NCBI GenBank assembly: GCA_964399345.1
Contig: CAYNQE010000001.1
Span: 17,060 to 81,059, forward strand
Reading direction: 5' to 3'
DNA: 64,000 bases
Source: an uncultured Candidatus Saccharibacteria bacterium
Lineage (GTDB): Bacteria; Patescibacteriota; Minisyncoccia; Phycocordibacterales; UBA2100
Each line of letters starts with the position of its first letter. The first letter of the stretch is position 1. Below the pieces are notes generated by a model. The model did no database searches. It was not told the DNA's origin and saw nothing but the letters and a program-made list of their open reading frames with translations. Made by a program: the position numbers and the translations under genes. Positions 1 through 9,963 of this stretch are shown here, in pieces.

Positions 1-4
1 AGGA

Positions 5-652
5 GTGAATTTATCAACAAGTACAATAGGAGTAGTGGGAGCTGCTGGTTCAATTGGCTCTATATCAGCAGAAATACTTGCTGATTCTGGAGCACGTAAT
101 CTTTTGTTAATAGATTTGGATAGAAAAAAGGAATTAGTTTTAGAACTGAAAGATAGATTGGAAAAACAATATTCTGGAATAAATATTGATTGCAGTACAG
201 ATATGGATCTCTTAAAAGATGCGGTGGGAATAATAACCGCTACTAACACACCTGAAGCACTTTTGAAAAACCATCATATATCTACTGGGACAATAATTGT
301 TGACGATGCGCAGCCTAGTGATATATCGGAAGAACTTTATGAACGAGATGATATTTTAATTCTTGAAGCTGGAGCTGTTCACACCCCTGGGATTTCCAGT
401 AACTTTAATATGGGTCTAGCCAATCCAAATGATAATTTCTGTTGTTTAGCGGAAGTTCTTATTCTAGCGTCCAATAAACATACTCATAACTTCGTTATAA
501 ACCGGGCTAAGATGGAGGACATAGAGCATATAAGAAAAGGTGGGGAGGCTTTAGGATTTGAAGTATCACAGCCACAAAACGAACGGGGATTATTATCAAA
601 ACAAAAGATTGATTCTGTGCTTAAATTACTACATACACGTCTCTCTTCATGA
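5..652 (+). CDS. NAD(P)-binding Rossmann-fold oxidoreductase-like protein. The 5' end is probably truncated, because the GTG start overlaps an AGGAG motif at the window edge.
   Basis: Glycine-rich dinucleotide-binding motif VVGAAGSIGS near the N-terminus. No closer family assignment was possible by eye. Confidence 0.35.
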   Translation: MNLSTSTIGVVGAAGSIGSISAEILADSGARNLLLIDLDRKKELVLELKDRLEKQYSGINIDCSTDMDLLKDAVGIITATNTPEALLKNHHISTGTIIVDDAQPSDISEELYERDDILILEAGAVHTPGISSNFNMGLANPNDNFCCLAEVLILASNKHTHNFVINRAKMEDIEHIRKGGEALGFEVSQPQNERGLLSKQKIDSVLKLLHTRLSS

Positions 653-2271
653 ATTTAGAACTTGATACAATAAACATACTTATAGCGATAGCTGCAACCA
701 CAAACCTACTTTACGGGTTTCTCGTGTACAAGAGAAACAAAAAATCTGCCAGTAATTTAGCATTTTTCTTTTTAGCTGTTGCTATGAGCACCTGGGGAAT
801 TGCGATGATTGTTTTCCGAAGCGCTGGAACAGTTGAGTTAGCATTACACGCAGCAAAGTGGCTTTACACGGCAGCCGCTGCAATACCTATTCTATTTGTT
901 CTTTTTTCACTTTTGTTTCCAAAGGACGAATACAGCTTATCTAAATTTCAAACTCTTCTTCTCGCTATTCCGAGCGCACTGATTATTGGAATGATTTTTC
1001 TGCCCAATGTTTTTATTAAATTTGTAAACCTAAGTGCGTCTCCCGAAAATATAATTATCTTTAATCCGTCTCTCCACCTAATATATGCCATATACGTGTC
1101 TGGGATTTTCTTAATAAGTTATCTTATTTTCCTACGCAAATACAGAATGAGCGACGGAGTGCAGCGCGCTCAAATTATTTATATATTACTGGGGGCAATG
1201 GTTCCCACCTTTATAGGTTTAATAACAAATCTTATCTTTCCTCTCTTTGGAGAATTCCGCTGGAACTGGATGGGTCAAATTAGTATAGCCGTAACGGCCG
1301 GAGTAATAACATACGGAATCTTTCGACATAAGATATTTAACATACGAGTTATTGGAGCCGAAATGCTTATCTTCATATTATGGTTAATAGCACTTCTTAG
1401 AATTATCCTTTCTGAATCTCAAACTGCAGTAGTCTTTAATATTTCAGCATTTATTGCGATTTTAGTCGTTGGGCTACTATTGATACGAAGTGTTAACAGA
1501 GAAGTAGATACCAGAGAAAAACTTGAAGTACTAACCGGTGAATTAAAGCACGCAAACACCAGACTTAAAGAACTAGACCGTCAAAAGTCTGAATTCCTTT
1601 CAATTGCAACTCATCAATTACGAGGACCGCTAGCTGGAATACGAGGACACCTTTCACTTGTAATAGACGGCTCATACGGAGAAATTTCAAAAAAAGCACA
1701 TGAGATAATCGTAAAGATATTTGAATCAAGTGGAATGCTAGCCCAAACCATCAATGATTTCCTAAACGTATCCCGGATTGAACAGGGAAGTATGCAGTAT
1801 GACAAGAAGAAATTTCAAGCAAGCGAACTCGTTAAAGATATTGTTGAAGAACTTCAGCCAATGGCAACGGACCGCGGCCTTGAACTAACTTTTGTTAATA
1901 AGTGTGAAGAGGGTAGTACCATACACGCAGACTACGCAAAGATTCGCCACATCTTCTTTAACCTTATTGATAATGCAATTAAGTACACAGAAGAAGGTTG
2001 GGTTAAGGTTGAAATAACTTCAGATAGCAGCGTTCATATTGAAGTTAAAGATAGCGGTGTAGGAATTGCCCCTAACGAAATACATGGGTTGTTCGAAAAA
2101 TTTGTTCGTGCCAGGGACGCTTCCGGAATTAATGTAAACGGAACGGGACTTGGCCTTTACGTGGCTCGCCAAATGGTTGAGGCCCACAAGGGAAAAATTT
2201 GGGCTGAATCAGAGGGGAAAGGAAAGGGTTCTACCTTTATTGTAGAGATACCTGCTTCCCAAAGCGCTTAA
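649..2271 (+). CDS. Membrane sensor histidine kinase with a multi-TM N-terminus, HisKA and HATPase_c domains.
   Basis: H-box LSIATHQLRGPLAGIRGHL. N-box NLIDNAIKYT. G-boxes DSGVGI and GTGLGLYVARQMVEAHKG. About seven predicted TM helices in the first 280 aa. Confidence 0.8.
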   Translation: MNLELDTINILIAIAATTNLLYGFLVYKRNKKSASNLAFFFLAVAMSTWGIAMIVFRSAGTVELALHAAKWLYTAAAAIPILFVLFSLLFPKDEYSLSKFQTLLLAIPSALIIGMIFLPNVFIKFVNLSASPENIIIFNPSLHLIYAIYVSGIFLISYLIFLRKYRMSDGVQRAQIIYILLGAMVPTFIGLITNLIFPLFGEFRWNWMGQISIAVTAGVITYGIFRHKIFNIRVIGAEMLIFILWLIALLRIILSESQTAVVFNISAFIAILVVGLLLIRSVNREVDTREKLEVLTGELKHANTRLKELDRQKSEFLSIATHQLRGPLAGIRGHLSLVIDGSYGEISKKAHEIIVKIFESSGMLAQTINDFLNVSRIEQGSMQYDKKKFQASELVKDIVEELQPMATDRGLELTFVNKCEEGSTIHADYAKIRHIFFNLIDNAIKYTEEGWVKVEITSDSSVHIEVKDSGVGIAPNEIHGLFEKFVRARDASGINVNGTGLGLYVARQMVEAHKGKIWAESEGKGKGSTFIVEIPASQSA

Positions 2272-2293
2272 ACATTGATACTATTGGCTGAAT

Positions 2294-3238
2294 ATGACTG
2301 AAAAACAACGTCTGCTAACCGGATTACAACCTTCTGGAACATTACACATTGGAAATTACTTTGGCGCTCTTAAGCCCTTTGTAGATATGTACGAAAACTA
2401 TGACAGTCACCTAATGGTTGTTGATTACCACGCCCTTACAACTATTCGAAACCCTGAAGAACTGCGTTCTAATACCATAAATATTGTTAAGGACTACGTT
2501 GCAGCAGGAGTTGATCCTGAGAAAGTAATATTGTTTAGACAATCAGACGTACAAGAGCACACCGAGCTATCTTGGATTTTCCAATGCCTGGTGAGTGTTC
2601 CATTTTTAATGCAGTCACACTCCTACAAGGACAAAGTTGCCAAAGGACTTGAGGCAAACGCCGGTTTGTTTAGTTATCCAATGCTTATGGCAGCGGACAT
2701 TCTTCTCTACGATACAAAAGTTGTTCCAGTGGGGGAGGATCAACGACAACACATTGAATATGCAAGAGAGGCCGCAAATAAGTTCAATAATGCATTCGGA
2801 GAAACATTCACCCCACCCCAGGAAAATATTATTGAAGGAGTTGGAACTGTTCCAGGAGTTGATGGTAAAAAGATGAGTAAAAGCTATAACAACACCATTC
2901 CACTTTTCGGCAGCAAGGAAGAAATAGAAAGTGCTGTTATGAGTATCGTTACAGATTCTGATGGGGAAGTTCCTGAAAATGTATACGCCATACACAAATT
3001 ACTTAGAAGCGAGGAAGATCTTAAGGTTATCTACGAAGAAAATAAAGGACAGTACGGAGAACTTAAAAAGATTTTAATTGAAGATTTAGAAAACTTAATC
3101 GCCCCAATGAGAGAAAGACGAGAACAAATTACTGACGAAGACGTAAGGGCTATACTCGAAAGTGGTGCGCAAAAAGCAAGAGAAAGGGCTCAGGAAAAAA
3201 TGATTGATGTTAAAAAGAAAATCGGAGTAACACTATAA
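2294..3238 (+). CDS. trpS: Tryptophan--tRNA ligase
   Basis: Class I HIGH-type motif TLHIGNYFGA, the KMSKS motif (KKMSKS), and about 314 aa, typical of TrpRS. Confidence 0.85.
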   Translation: MTEKQRLLTGLQPSGTLHIGNYFGALKPFVDMYENYDSHLMVVDYHALTTIRNPEELRSNTINIVKDYVAAGVDPEKVILFRQSDVQEHTELSWIFQCLVSVPFLMQSHSYKDKVAKGLEANAGLFSYPMLMAADILLYDTKVVPVGEDQRQHIEYAREAANKFNNAFGETFTPPQENIIEGVGTVPGVDGKKMSKSYNNTIPLFGSKEEIESAVMSIVTDSDGEVPENVYAIHKLLRSEEDLKVIYEENKGQYGELKKILIEDLENLIAPMRERREQITDEDVRAILESGAQKARERAQEKMIDVKKKIGVTL

Positions 3239-3240
3239 AC

Positions 3241-4545
3241 ATGGAACGAACAATAATTTCAGACTTAACTAAAAAGAAAGGGGAGAAGGTACACATCGCA
3301 GGATGGGTAGATGTTCGTCGTGATCATGGGAAACTTACCTTCCTAGTTATCCGAGACCGTAGTGGAGTGGTTCAAGGTGTTGTCAAAGGAGATCTTACTG
3401 ACGAGACTAAAGACATACGAGAGCAATGGGTGGTAAGTATTCAAGGCACCGTAAACGAACGACCTGAGAGTATGATTAAGGACGAGCAAAACGGTGATGT
3501 TGAATTACTTGTCGAAGAAGTGCAAATTCTCTCAGAAGCTGATGAAATGCCTTTCGACTTAGATTCAGAATTAAATATAGATACATACTTAGACAACCTT
3601 CCACTAACACTACGTTCACAAAAAGCATTAGATGTATTCACAGTTCAAGCAACCATTACCGCGGCATTCCGTGAGTTCCTAACAAACGAGGGATTCAAAG
3701 AATACCAGTCACCTGCACTTGTAGGAGGAGACGCAGAAGGAGGAGCATCTGCCTTTAAAGTCGACTATTACAAAGATAAGTTAGCGTTTCTAGCAACTAG
3801 CCCTCAATTGTATAAGCAGATAATGGTAGGAACCTACGAGAGAGTGTTCAGTATTGGAAAAGTTTTTAGAGGAGAAGATCACGCAACTTCACGACACCTT
3901 TCAGAATATTCCTCCTTGGACTTTGAGATGGGCTTTATTGAAGATCACGAAGACGTTATGGAGATGACTCAAGCTGTTCACTCACATATCGCAAAGACTA
4001 TAGCTGAAAGACATCCCGACATACTTAAGAGAATGGAAGTTGAAATCCCATTAACTCCAGAAAAGTTTCCAGTAGTTACACTTAAGGAAGCACTGGAGAT
4101 TGTTGGAGCTGATGTTAACGAGCCAGATCTTGAACCTGAACACGAACGACAACTATGTGCTTGGGCTAAAGAGAATCATAAGTCTGACTATATCTTTGTT
4201 ACTCACTACCCTGTATCAAAGCGTCCTTTCTATACATACGAAGATGAAGATGCGCCAGGCACAACAAAAGGCTTTGATCTTCTTTTCCGAGGACTTGAGA
4301 TAACAACAGGAGGTCAAAGAATACACGACCATGATACTTTAGTTGAGAAGATAAAAGAGAAGGGAATGAACCCAGAACTATTCTCGTTCTATCTTCAAGC
4401 ATTTAAATTTGGAATGCCTCCTCACGGTGGTACAGGAAACGGACTAGAGCGTCTAACTCAACTTATGCTTGGACTAAAGAATGTGCGAGAAGCTACTTTA
4501 TTCCCACGTGACATGAACCGAATAGATAATCAGTTGAGTGAATAG
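3241..4545 (+). CDS. aspS: Aspartate--tRNA ligase, archaeal/type-2 form (class IIb)
   Basis: Class II motifs FRGEDHATSRHLSEY and GGQRIHD. C-terminal IKEKGMNPELFSFYLQAFKFGMPPHGGTGNGLERL closely matches archaeal-type AspRS. Length 434 aa. Confidence 0.75.
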   Translation: MERTIISDLTKKKGEKVHIAGWVDVRRDHGKLTFLVIRDRSGVVQGVVKGDLTDETKDIREQWVVSIQGTVNERPESMIKDEQNGDVELLVEEVQILSEADEMPFDLDSELNIDTYLDNLPLTLRSQKALDVFTVQATITAAFREFLTNEGFKEYQSPALVGGDAEGGASAFKVDYYKDKLAFLATSPQLYKQIMVGTYERVFSIGKVFRGEDHATSRHLSEYSSLDFEMGFIEDHEDVMEMTQAVHSHIAKTIAERHPDILKRMEVEIPLTPEKFPVVTLKEALEIVGADVNEPDLEPEHERQLCAWAKENHKSDYIFVTHYPVSKRPFYTYEDEDAPGTTKGFDLLFRGLEITTGGQRIHDHDTLVEKIKEKGMNPELFSFYLQAFKFGMPPHGGTGNGLERLTQLMLGLKNVREATLFPRDMNRIDNQLSE

Positions 4546-5262
4546 ATGTCTGACTTTACTCTAGAGCTAGAAGGTTTCCGAGGCCCACTTGGGCTTCTTC
4601 TTGATTTAATTGAAAGAGAGAAGCTTCGTATAAATGACGTGTCTCTTGCTAAAGTTTCTGACGACTACATTGAATACATTCAAGACAGGGAAGCAATTCC
4701 ACTTTCGCAAACCTCTCAGTTTGTTGTTGTAGCCTCTACTTTGCTGTTAATAAAGTCTCGCTCACTACTTCCGTCTCTTGAACTCTCAGAAGAGGAAGAC
4801 GAAGATATTAGAGATTTAGAAAATCGTCTAAAGATGTATAAGAAAGTAAGAAGAGCGACTAAGTTAATCAAAAACCGTTGGGGCAAGAAATTGTTTCTTC
4901 CAACATTTAAGCCAACGGAAATAAAATTCTCACCAGGGGGTGATGTAAAAAAAGAAAACTTGCACATTTCTTTAAAAGGCGCACTGGATGCTCTTCCTTC
5001 CTTTGACAAGGCACCTACTGCAAAGGTTAGTAAAGAAGTCTCTCTGGAGGAGATGATTGAAGATCTAACAGAGAGAATACGCTCAGCTACAACTTCCTCT
5101 TTTAATAAGATTACTGAGAAAGCTAGTAAAATAGAGGGTATTGTTAACTTTTTAGCTTTACTTGAACTAGTAAAGCGTGGGACACTAAGTGTGACCCAGG
5201 AGAAACATTTTTCTGACATTGATTTTGATAACGAGGAAGTAGACACACCACATTATGGATAG
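4546..5262 (+). CDS. scpA: Segregation and condensation protein A (kleisin)
   Basis: N-terminal LELEGFRGPLGLLLDLIEREKL, characteristic of ScpA. It is immediately followed by scpB with a 4-nt overlap. Confidence 0.75.
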   Translation: MSDFTLELEGFRGPLGLLLDLIEREKLRINDVSLAKVSDDYIEYIQDREAIPLSQTSQFVVVASTLLLIKSRSLLPSLELSEEEDEDIRDLENRLKMYKKVRRATKLIKNRWGKKLFLPTFKPTEIKFSPGGDVKKENLHISLKGALDALPSFDKAPTAKVSKEVSLEEMIEDLTERIRSATTSSFNKITEKASKIEGIVNFLALLELVKRGTLSVTQEKHFSDIDFDNEEVDTPHYG

Positions 5263-5776
5263 AAACGCACAAAAACTACAAGCACTACTGTATTCAAACG
5301 GGGGCGAGATGAAAAAGGCAGAAATAGCTTCGCTTATGGAATTAACCAAGGAAGAGGTGGAGGTTGCAATTGAAAATCTAAAATCCCACCCTCAGGGTAT
5401 TGAAATATTAGAAACTCTTGAACACGTGTCACTACGGACCTCTCAAAAATATTCCGAGTTTATTACACAAACACAAAAGAAGGACAGTGAGAAAGATGTT
5501 GGTACTGCAGGACTAGAGGTTCTTTCCATAGTCTTATACAAAAATGGAGCCTCTCGAAGTGAAATAGATTACATACGTGGAGTTAATTCTAGTGCAACGC
5601 TTAGACAGTTAATTCTACGAGGACTGCTCGAAAGATCCAAGAGCGAATCTGACTCCCGAGCCTGGGAATACAAAGTGACACCCGAATTATTAAGTCATGT
5701 AGGGGTTTCTATGGTACACGAACTCCCAGAGTATGAGACAATGAAAGAATCTCTCCAAAAAAATTATGACGACTAA
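5255..5776 (+). CDS. scpB: Segregation and condensation protein B
   Basis: Winged-helix ScpB-like N-terminus (QALLYSNGGEMKKAEIASLMEL) and operon position after scpA. Confidence 0.7.
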   Translation: MDRNAQKLQALLYSNGGEMKKAEIASLMELTKEEVEVAIENLKSHPQGIEILETLEHVSLRTSQKYSEFITQTQKKDSEKDVGTAGLEVLSIVLYKNGASRSEIDYIRGVNSSATLRQLILRGLLERSKSESDSRAWEYKVTPELLSHVGVSMVHELPEYETMKESLQKNYDD

Positions 5777-6656
5777 AAACATCCCCTTAGCATACATGGC
5801 AATCATTTCACTTTTCGGTACTACCGGGCTTGTTTTTGCTACATTAAATAGCGAAGCACAACCTGAGCTTCAAATGGCTAGTGCCTCAACTGCATTGGAA
5901 ACTCAAAAGGAAGTTGAAATTGAAGCGCAAGCCGCATATGTATATGACATGGTGGAAGGCATGGTACTTTATGAAAAAAGCGGAACTGTACAACTTCCGT
6001 TAGCATCTATAACCAAAGTTGCAGTAGCCACCTTGGCAAGACAGTTCCTGGACATGAATGAGTCAATCACTTTCACTCCGAGGGATTTAAGTACCGAGGG
6101 CGATTCCGGATTTAAAGACGGGGAAACATGGAATACTGAAAACCTGCTGGAATTCACACTGATGACTTCTTCAAACGACGGAGCAACAGCCCTTGGAAGG
6201 AAATTAGAGGAGTCTACTGATGTGGATATAGTTACACTTTTAAATATCCAAGCAGAGACATTGGAATTAAACCAAACCTATTTTACAAACCCCACGGGTC
6301 TTGATAATAGCGAACTATATAGCGGCTCTTACGGATCTGCTAAAGATGTAACACAACTGCTTTCCTATGCGTATAAAACCGCTCCAGAAATTTTCTTTTC
6401 AACATCTCAAGAGACTCAGATATTTAAGAACTCAATTGGGGAAATTTATGAAGCGAAAAATACAAACCAGGCAATAGGGGAACTCCCTGGATTGGTTTTT
6501 GGTAAAACCGGATTCACAGATCTTGCAGGAGGAAATCTTGGTGTAGTTGTAGAAACCGAACCAGGACACGCATATATAATAGTTGTATTAGGCTCAAGCG
6601 TGGACGGAAGATTTGATGACATTGTTAAACTTTATAAAACAGTATTATGGAATTAG
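5766..6656 (+). CDS. D-alanyl-D-alanine carboxypeptidase (serine-type, PBP5/6 family)
   Basis: SxxK motif SITK and SxN motif SSND, with an N-terminal signal/TM segment. Confidence 0.7.
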   Translation: MTTKNIPLAYMAIISLFGTTGLVFATLNSEAQPELQMASASTALETQKEVEIEAQAAYVYDMVEGMVLYEKSGTVQLPLASITKVAVATLARQFLDMNESITFTPRDLSTEGDSGFKDGETWNTENLLEFTLMTSSNDGATALGRKLEESTDVDIVTLLNIQAETLELNQTYFTNPTGLDNSELYSGSYGSAKDVTQLLSYAYKTAPEIFFSTSQETQIFKNSIGEIYEAKNTNQAIGELPGLVFGKTGFTDLAGGNLGVVVETEPGHAYIIVVLGSSVDGRFDDIVKLYKTVLWN

Positions 6657-7705
6657 ATAACTTAATCAAAGTAATGATGCCAGCAGTAATTGCCTTTACT
6701 GTAGGTATTGGAATAACCCCGACAATTTCACATTACTTATATAAATACCGAGCTTGGAAAAAAGAAGGTGGAAAAACAGCCATGGACGGCAGTACTGCTG
6801 AAGTATTTAATTCATTACATAAAGAGAAAGAAAGAGAGGCTCCACGAATGGGAGGTTTGGTAATAATATTTAGTGCACTAATAACTATTCTTGGAATTTC
6901 ATTGGTTGCCTATATTTTCCCAAATGATTCTACTTCAAAATTAGATTTCTTCTCTCGGAGTCAAACCTGGATACCCGTTATGACATTATTCGCAGGAGCG
7001 CTAGTTGGATTTATCGACGACTTCTTAGAAATAAAAAGAAGGGGAGGACTTTCCCTAAGAAGGCGCCTACTTTTTGTACTCACACTTTCCTTTCTGATAG
7101 GTTGGTGGTTCCACAATAAGTTGGATATTACTTCTATAGGAATACCGTTTGATGATTCACTTGAAATAGGATGGCTTGTGATTCCTTTGTTTATGCTTAT
7201 TTCTCTTTCTATTTACGCAAGTGGAACAATTGACGGAATAGACGGTCTTTCAGGAGGAGTATTTGCAATGATTTTTTCAGCGTACTCTTTAATTGCCCTT
7301 GTTCAAGATCAAATAAACTTAGCTGCCTTTTCTGCAATGATTGTTGGTGCAATTCTTGCCTTCTTATGGTTTAACGTTCCGCCGGCACGATTTTATATGA
7401 CTGAGACTGGATCAATGGCACTCACTCTAACTCTCGCAACAATCGCCTTTATGACAGACTCACTAGGAGGAGGGATCGGAATTGCAGCACTGCCAATAAT
7501 TGGCTTCCTTCTTGTTGCAACAGTTGCAACAACTATTGCTCAATTACTTTCAAAAAAATTCCTCGGAAGAAAACTTCTTCGCGTTGCACCCCTTCATCAT
7601 CACTTTGAAGCAATTGGGTGGCCTTCTACTAAAGTTGTCATGAGGTACTGGATTCTAGGTGCTATGTTTGCTTTCTTTGGTGTGATTTTTGCACTCATTG
7701 GATAA
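6647..7705 (+). CDS. mraY: Phospho-N-acetylmuramoyl-pentapeptide transferase
   Basis: Polytopic membrane protein with GFIDDFLEIKRR and GTIDGIDGLSGG motifs. Sits in the dcw context before ftsW and murG. Confidence 0.85.
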   Translation: MELDNLIKVMMPAVIAFTVGIGITPTISHYLYKYRAWKKEGGKTAMDGSTAEVFNSLHKEKEREAPRMGGLVIIFSALITILGISLVAYIFPNDSTSKLDFFSRSQTWIPVMTLFAGALVGFIDDFLEIKRRGGLSLRRRLLFVLTLSFLIGWWFHNKLDITSIGIPFDDSLEIGWLVIPLFMLISLSIYASGTIDGIDGLSGGVFAMIFSAYSLIALVQDQINLAAFSAMIVGAILAFLWFNVPPARFYMTETGSMALTLTLATIAFMTDSLGGGIGIAALPIIGFLLVATVATTIAQLLSKKFLGRKLLRVAPLHHHFEAIGWPSTKVVMRYWILGAMFAFFGVIFALIG

Positions 7706-8808
7706 TGAGGGGAGTGGGAAACAAAATTGACCGACCTCTGGCTATAATTATTGCTCTACTAGTAGTAGTGGGGTTTTTTCTTTTCTCTTCTGCATCTTTG
7801 GGATTGTTAGCAAAGGAAGGTGCTAGGTTTTCATCTCTAGTTTTTAGCCAACTTGTTCTCGGGATATTCTTTGGAACAGCTGCCTTGGTATTGATGAGTA
7901 GAGTTCATTATAGATTTCTCAAACAATACTCGCTGTATCTTTTTGTTGCTTCTATCTTGTTAACCATAGCTGTTTTTATACCCGGACTTGGTTTTTCAGC
8001 AGGAGGGGCTACAAGATGGCTTTCTCTTGGCCCATTATCAGTTCAACCTGCAGAAATCTTAAAGTTGGGAACTGTTCTGTATCTATCAGCGTACCTTGCT
8101 AGTAACAGAGTACACTTGGGAAAGTACAAGAACGGTCTTCTTGCCTTTATTTTAATTCTCGCTGTGCCTTCACTAGTTCTATTATTACAACCCGACACAA
8201 GTACTCTAGTTGTGATAGTGGCGACAGCTGGTGGAATGTTTTTCGCAGCCGGTGCAAAGTGGAGAGACTTAGGAATACTCTTCCTAATTGCAATAATTGC
8301 GTTAGGTGCCTTAATTGCAGTGCGCCCTTACGTATTAGATCGTATTACTACTTTTATAAACCCCTCGGCTGACCAGCTTGGTTCTGGATACCAGATTAAG
8401 CAATCTCTCATTGCTGTTGGCTCAGGGAAGATGGCAGGACGCGGCTTTGGTCAAAGTGTCCAAAAATTTGGATACTTGCCTGAGCCAACGGGGGACTCAG
8501 TCTTTGCCGTTGCCGCTGAAGAATTTGGATTTGCTGGAGCTGTTTTGATAATAGGTCTTTTTGTTGCATTAGTGGTTCGCTCCTTCTGGGTTGCAGTAAG
8601 AGCGCCTGATTATTTTGGTGGACTAGTCGTTATAGGTATTACCCTTCTTATCGCAATTCAAGCTCTTGTAAATATATCTTCAATGCTTGGGGTTATTCCA
8701 CTTACGGGACTTCCATTGCCGTTTATAAGTCACGGTGGAACCGCCATGTTTGTTATGTTGGTTGGGGTTGGAATTATTCTTAACGTGTCGCGTTACGCAA
8801 AGTCGTAA
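7705..8808 (+). CDS. ftsW: SEDS-family peptidoglycan glycosyltransferase FtsW/RodA
   Basis: Ten-TM protein with C-terminal PFISHGGTAMF and the conserved GYQIKQSL region. Lies between mraY and murG. Confidence 0.8.
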   Translation: MRGVGNKIDRPLAIIIALLVVVGFFLFSSASLGLLAKEGARFSSLVFSQLVLGIFFGTAALVLMSRVHYRFLKQYSLYLFVASILLTIAVFIPGLGFSAGGATRWLSLGPLSVQPAEILKLGTVLYLSAYLASNRVHLGKYKNGLLAFILILAVPSLVLLLQPDTSTLVVIVATAGGMFFAAGAKWRDLGILFLIAIIALGALIAVRPYVLDRITTFINPSADQLGSGYQIKQSLIAVGSGKMAGRGFGQSVQKFGYLPEPTGDSVFAVAAEEFGFAGAVLIIGLFVALVVRSFWVAVRAPDYFGGLVVIGITLLIAIQALVNISSMLGVIPLTGLPLPFISHGGTAMFVMLVGVGIILNVSRYAKS

Positions 8809-9963
8809 TTGCGATATACTAGGTGTATGAAAATCGTTTTTACAGGTGCTGGTACCGGTGGTCATTTCTACCCTCTAATTGCAGTGGCAGAGGAAATTCA
8901 CAATATCGTAGAAGAAGACAGACTACTTACCCCTGAACTTTTTTACATTGCTCCTCACTTGTTAGACAGTGATGCTCTTGCTGAGCAAAATATTACTTGG
9001 AAAAAAAGCAGTGCGGGTAAGGTTCGCCGCTACTTTTCTATACGTAATGTATTTGATGTTTTTAAAACTCTCTTCGGAACTGTTCAGGCAACAATTCAAT
9101 TGTTCTTTTTATATCCTGACGTTGTCTTTAGTAAAGGAGGCTACGCGAGTGTTCCAACTACAATTGCAGCAAGAATTTTAAATATTCCTGTAATCATTCA
9201 CGAATCAGACGCACATCCGGGAAAAGCAAACCTACTTGCCTCTAAGTGGGCAAAGGCTGTAGCTATTTCATTTCCTGGAGTACGAGAGTATTTTAAAAAT
9301 GTAGATGACTCTAAAATCGCGTTAGTAGGAAATCCTATAAGGCGAGCGCTCTTTAGGCCTGCAAGTGAAGGTGCCCACTCTTTTCTTAAACTCGACTCTA
9401 TAAAACCAACTATTCTGATCCTTGGTGGATCACAAGGTGCTACTTCGATTAACTCTGTGATATTAGACGCACTACCTGAACTTCTAGAGAAATACCAAGT
9501 GATTCATCAAACAGGAAAAGAAAATCTGGAAACAATTGAGGGTCTTGCTCGAGTTATCCTAAAAGATCACCCCCACAAGGGTAACTATAAAGTATTTGGG
9601 TACTTAAATACTTTGGCCACAAGAATGTCTGCTGGAGTTGCGTCCATTGTTGTTATGCGAGCAGGCGCCGGGCATATATTTGAAACAGCAGCCTGGGGGA
9701 TACCTTCAATTGTTATTCCAATTCCTGAGGAGTTCTCCCACGACCAAACCAGAAACGCTTTTGCCTACGCAAGAGACGGGGCTGCAGTTGTGCTAAAGCA
9801 AAAGAATTTAAGTGAAAATCTACTAGTTGCAGAAATTGGGAGAATACTTGGAAGCCAAGAAATCCAAGATGATATGAGGAAGGCGGCTTTAGAATTTTCA
9901 CGCCCTGATGCGGCTAAAAAATTAGCTCACATGATTATAAAAACAGCACTTGAACATGAATAA
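8809..9963 (+). CDS. murG: UDP-N-acetylglucosamine--N-acetylmuramyl-(pentapeptide) pyrophosphoryl-undecaprenol N-acetylglucosamine transferase. The real start may be the internal MKIVF at 8827.
   Basis: KIVFTGAGTGGHFYPLIAVAEE N-terminal glycosyltransferase-28 motif. Confidence 0.85.
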   Translation: MRYTRCMKIVFTGAGTGGHFYPLIAVAEEIHNIVEEDRLLTPELFYIAPHLLDSDALAEQNITWKKSSAGKVRRYFSIRNVFDVFKTLFGTVQATIQLFFLYPDVVFSKGGYASVPTTIAARILNIPVIIHESDAHPGKANLLASKWAKAVAISFPGVREYFKNVDDSKIALVGNPIRRALFRPASEGAHSFLKLDSIKPTILILGGSQGATSINSVILDALPELLEKYQVIHQTGKENLETIEGLARVILKDHPHKGNYKVFGYLNTLATRMSAGVASIVVMRAGAGHIFETAAWGIPSIVIPIPEEFSHDQTRNAFAYARDGAAVVLKQKNLSENLLVAEIGRILGSQEIQDDMRKAALEFSRPDAAKKLAHMIIKTALEHE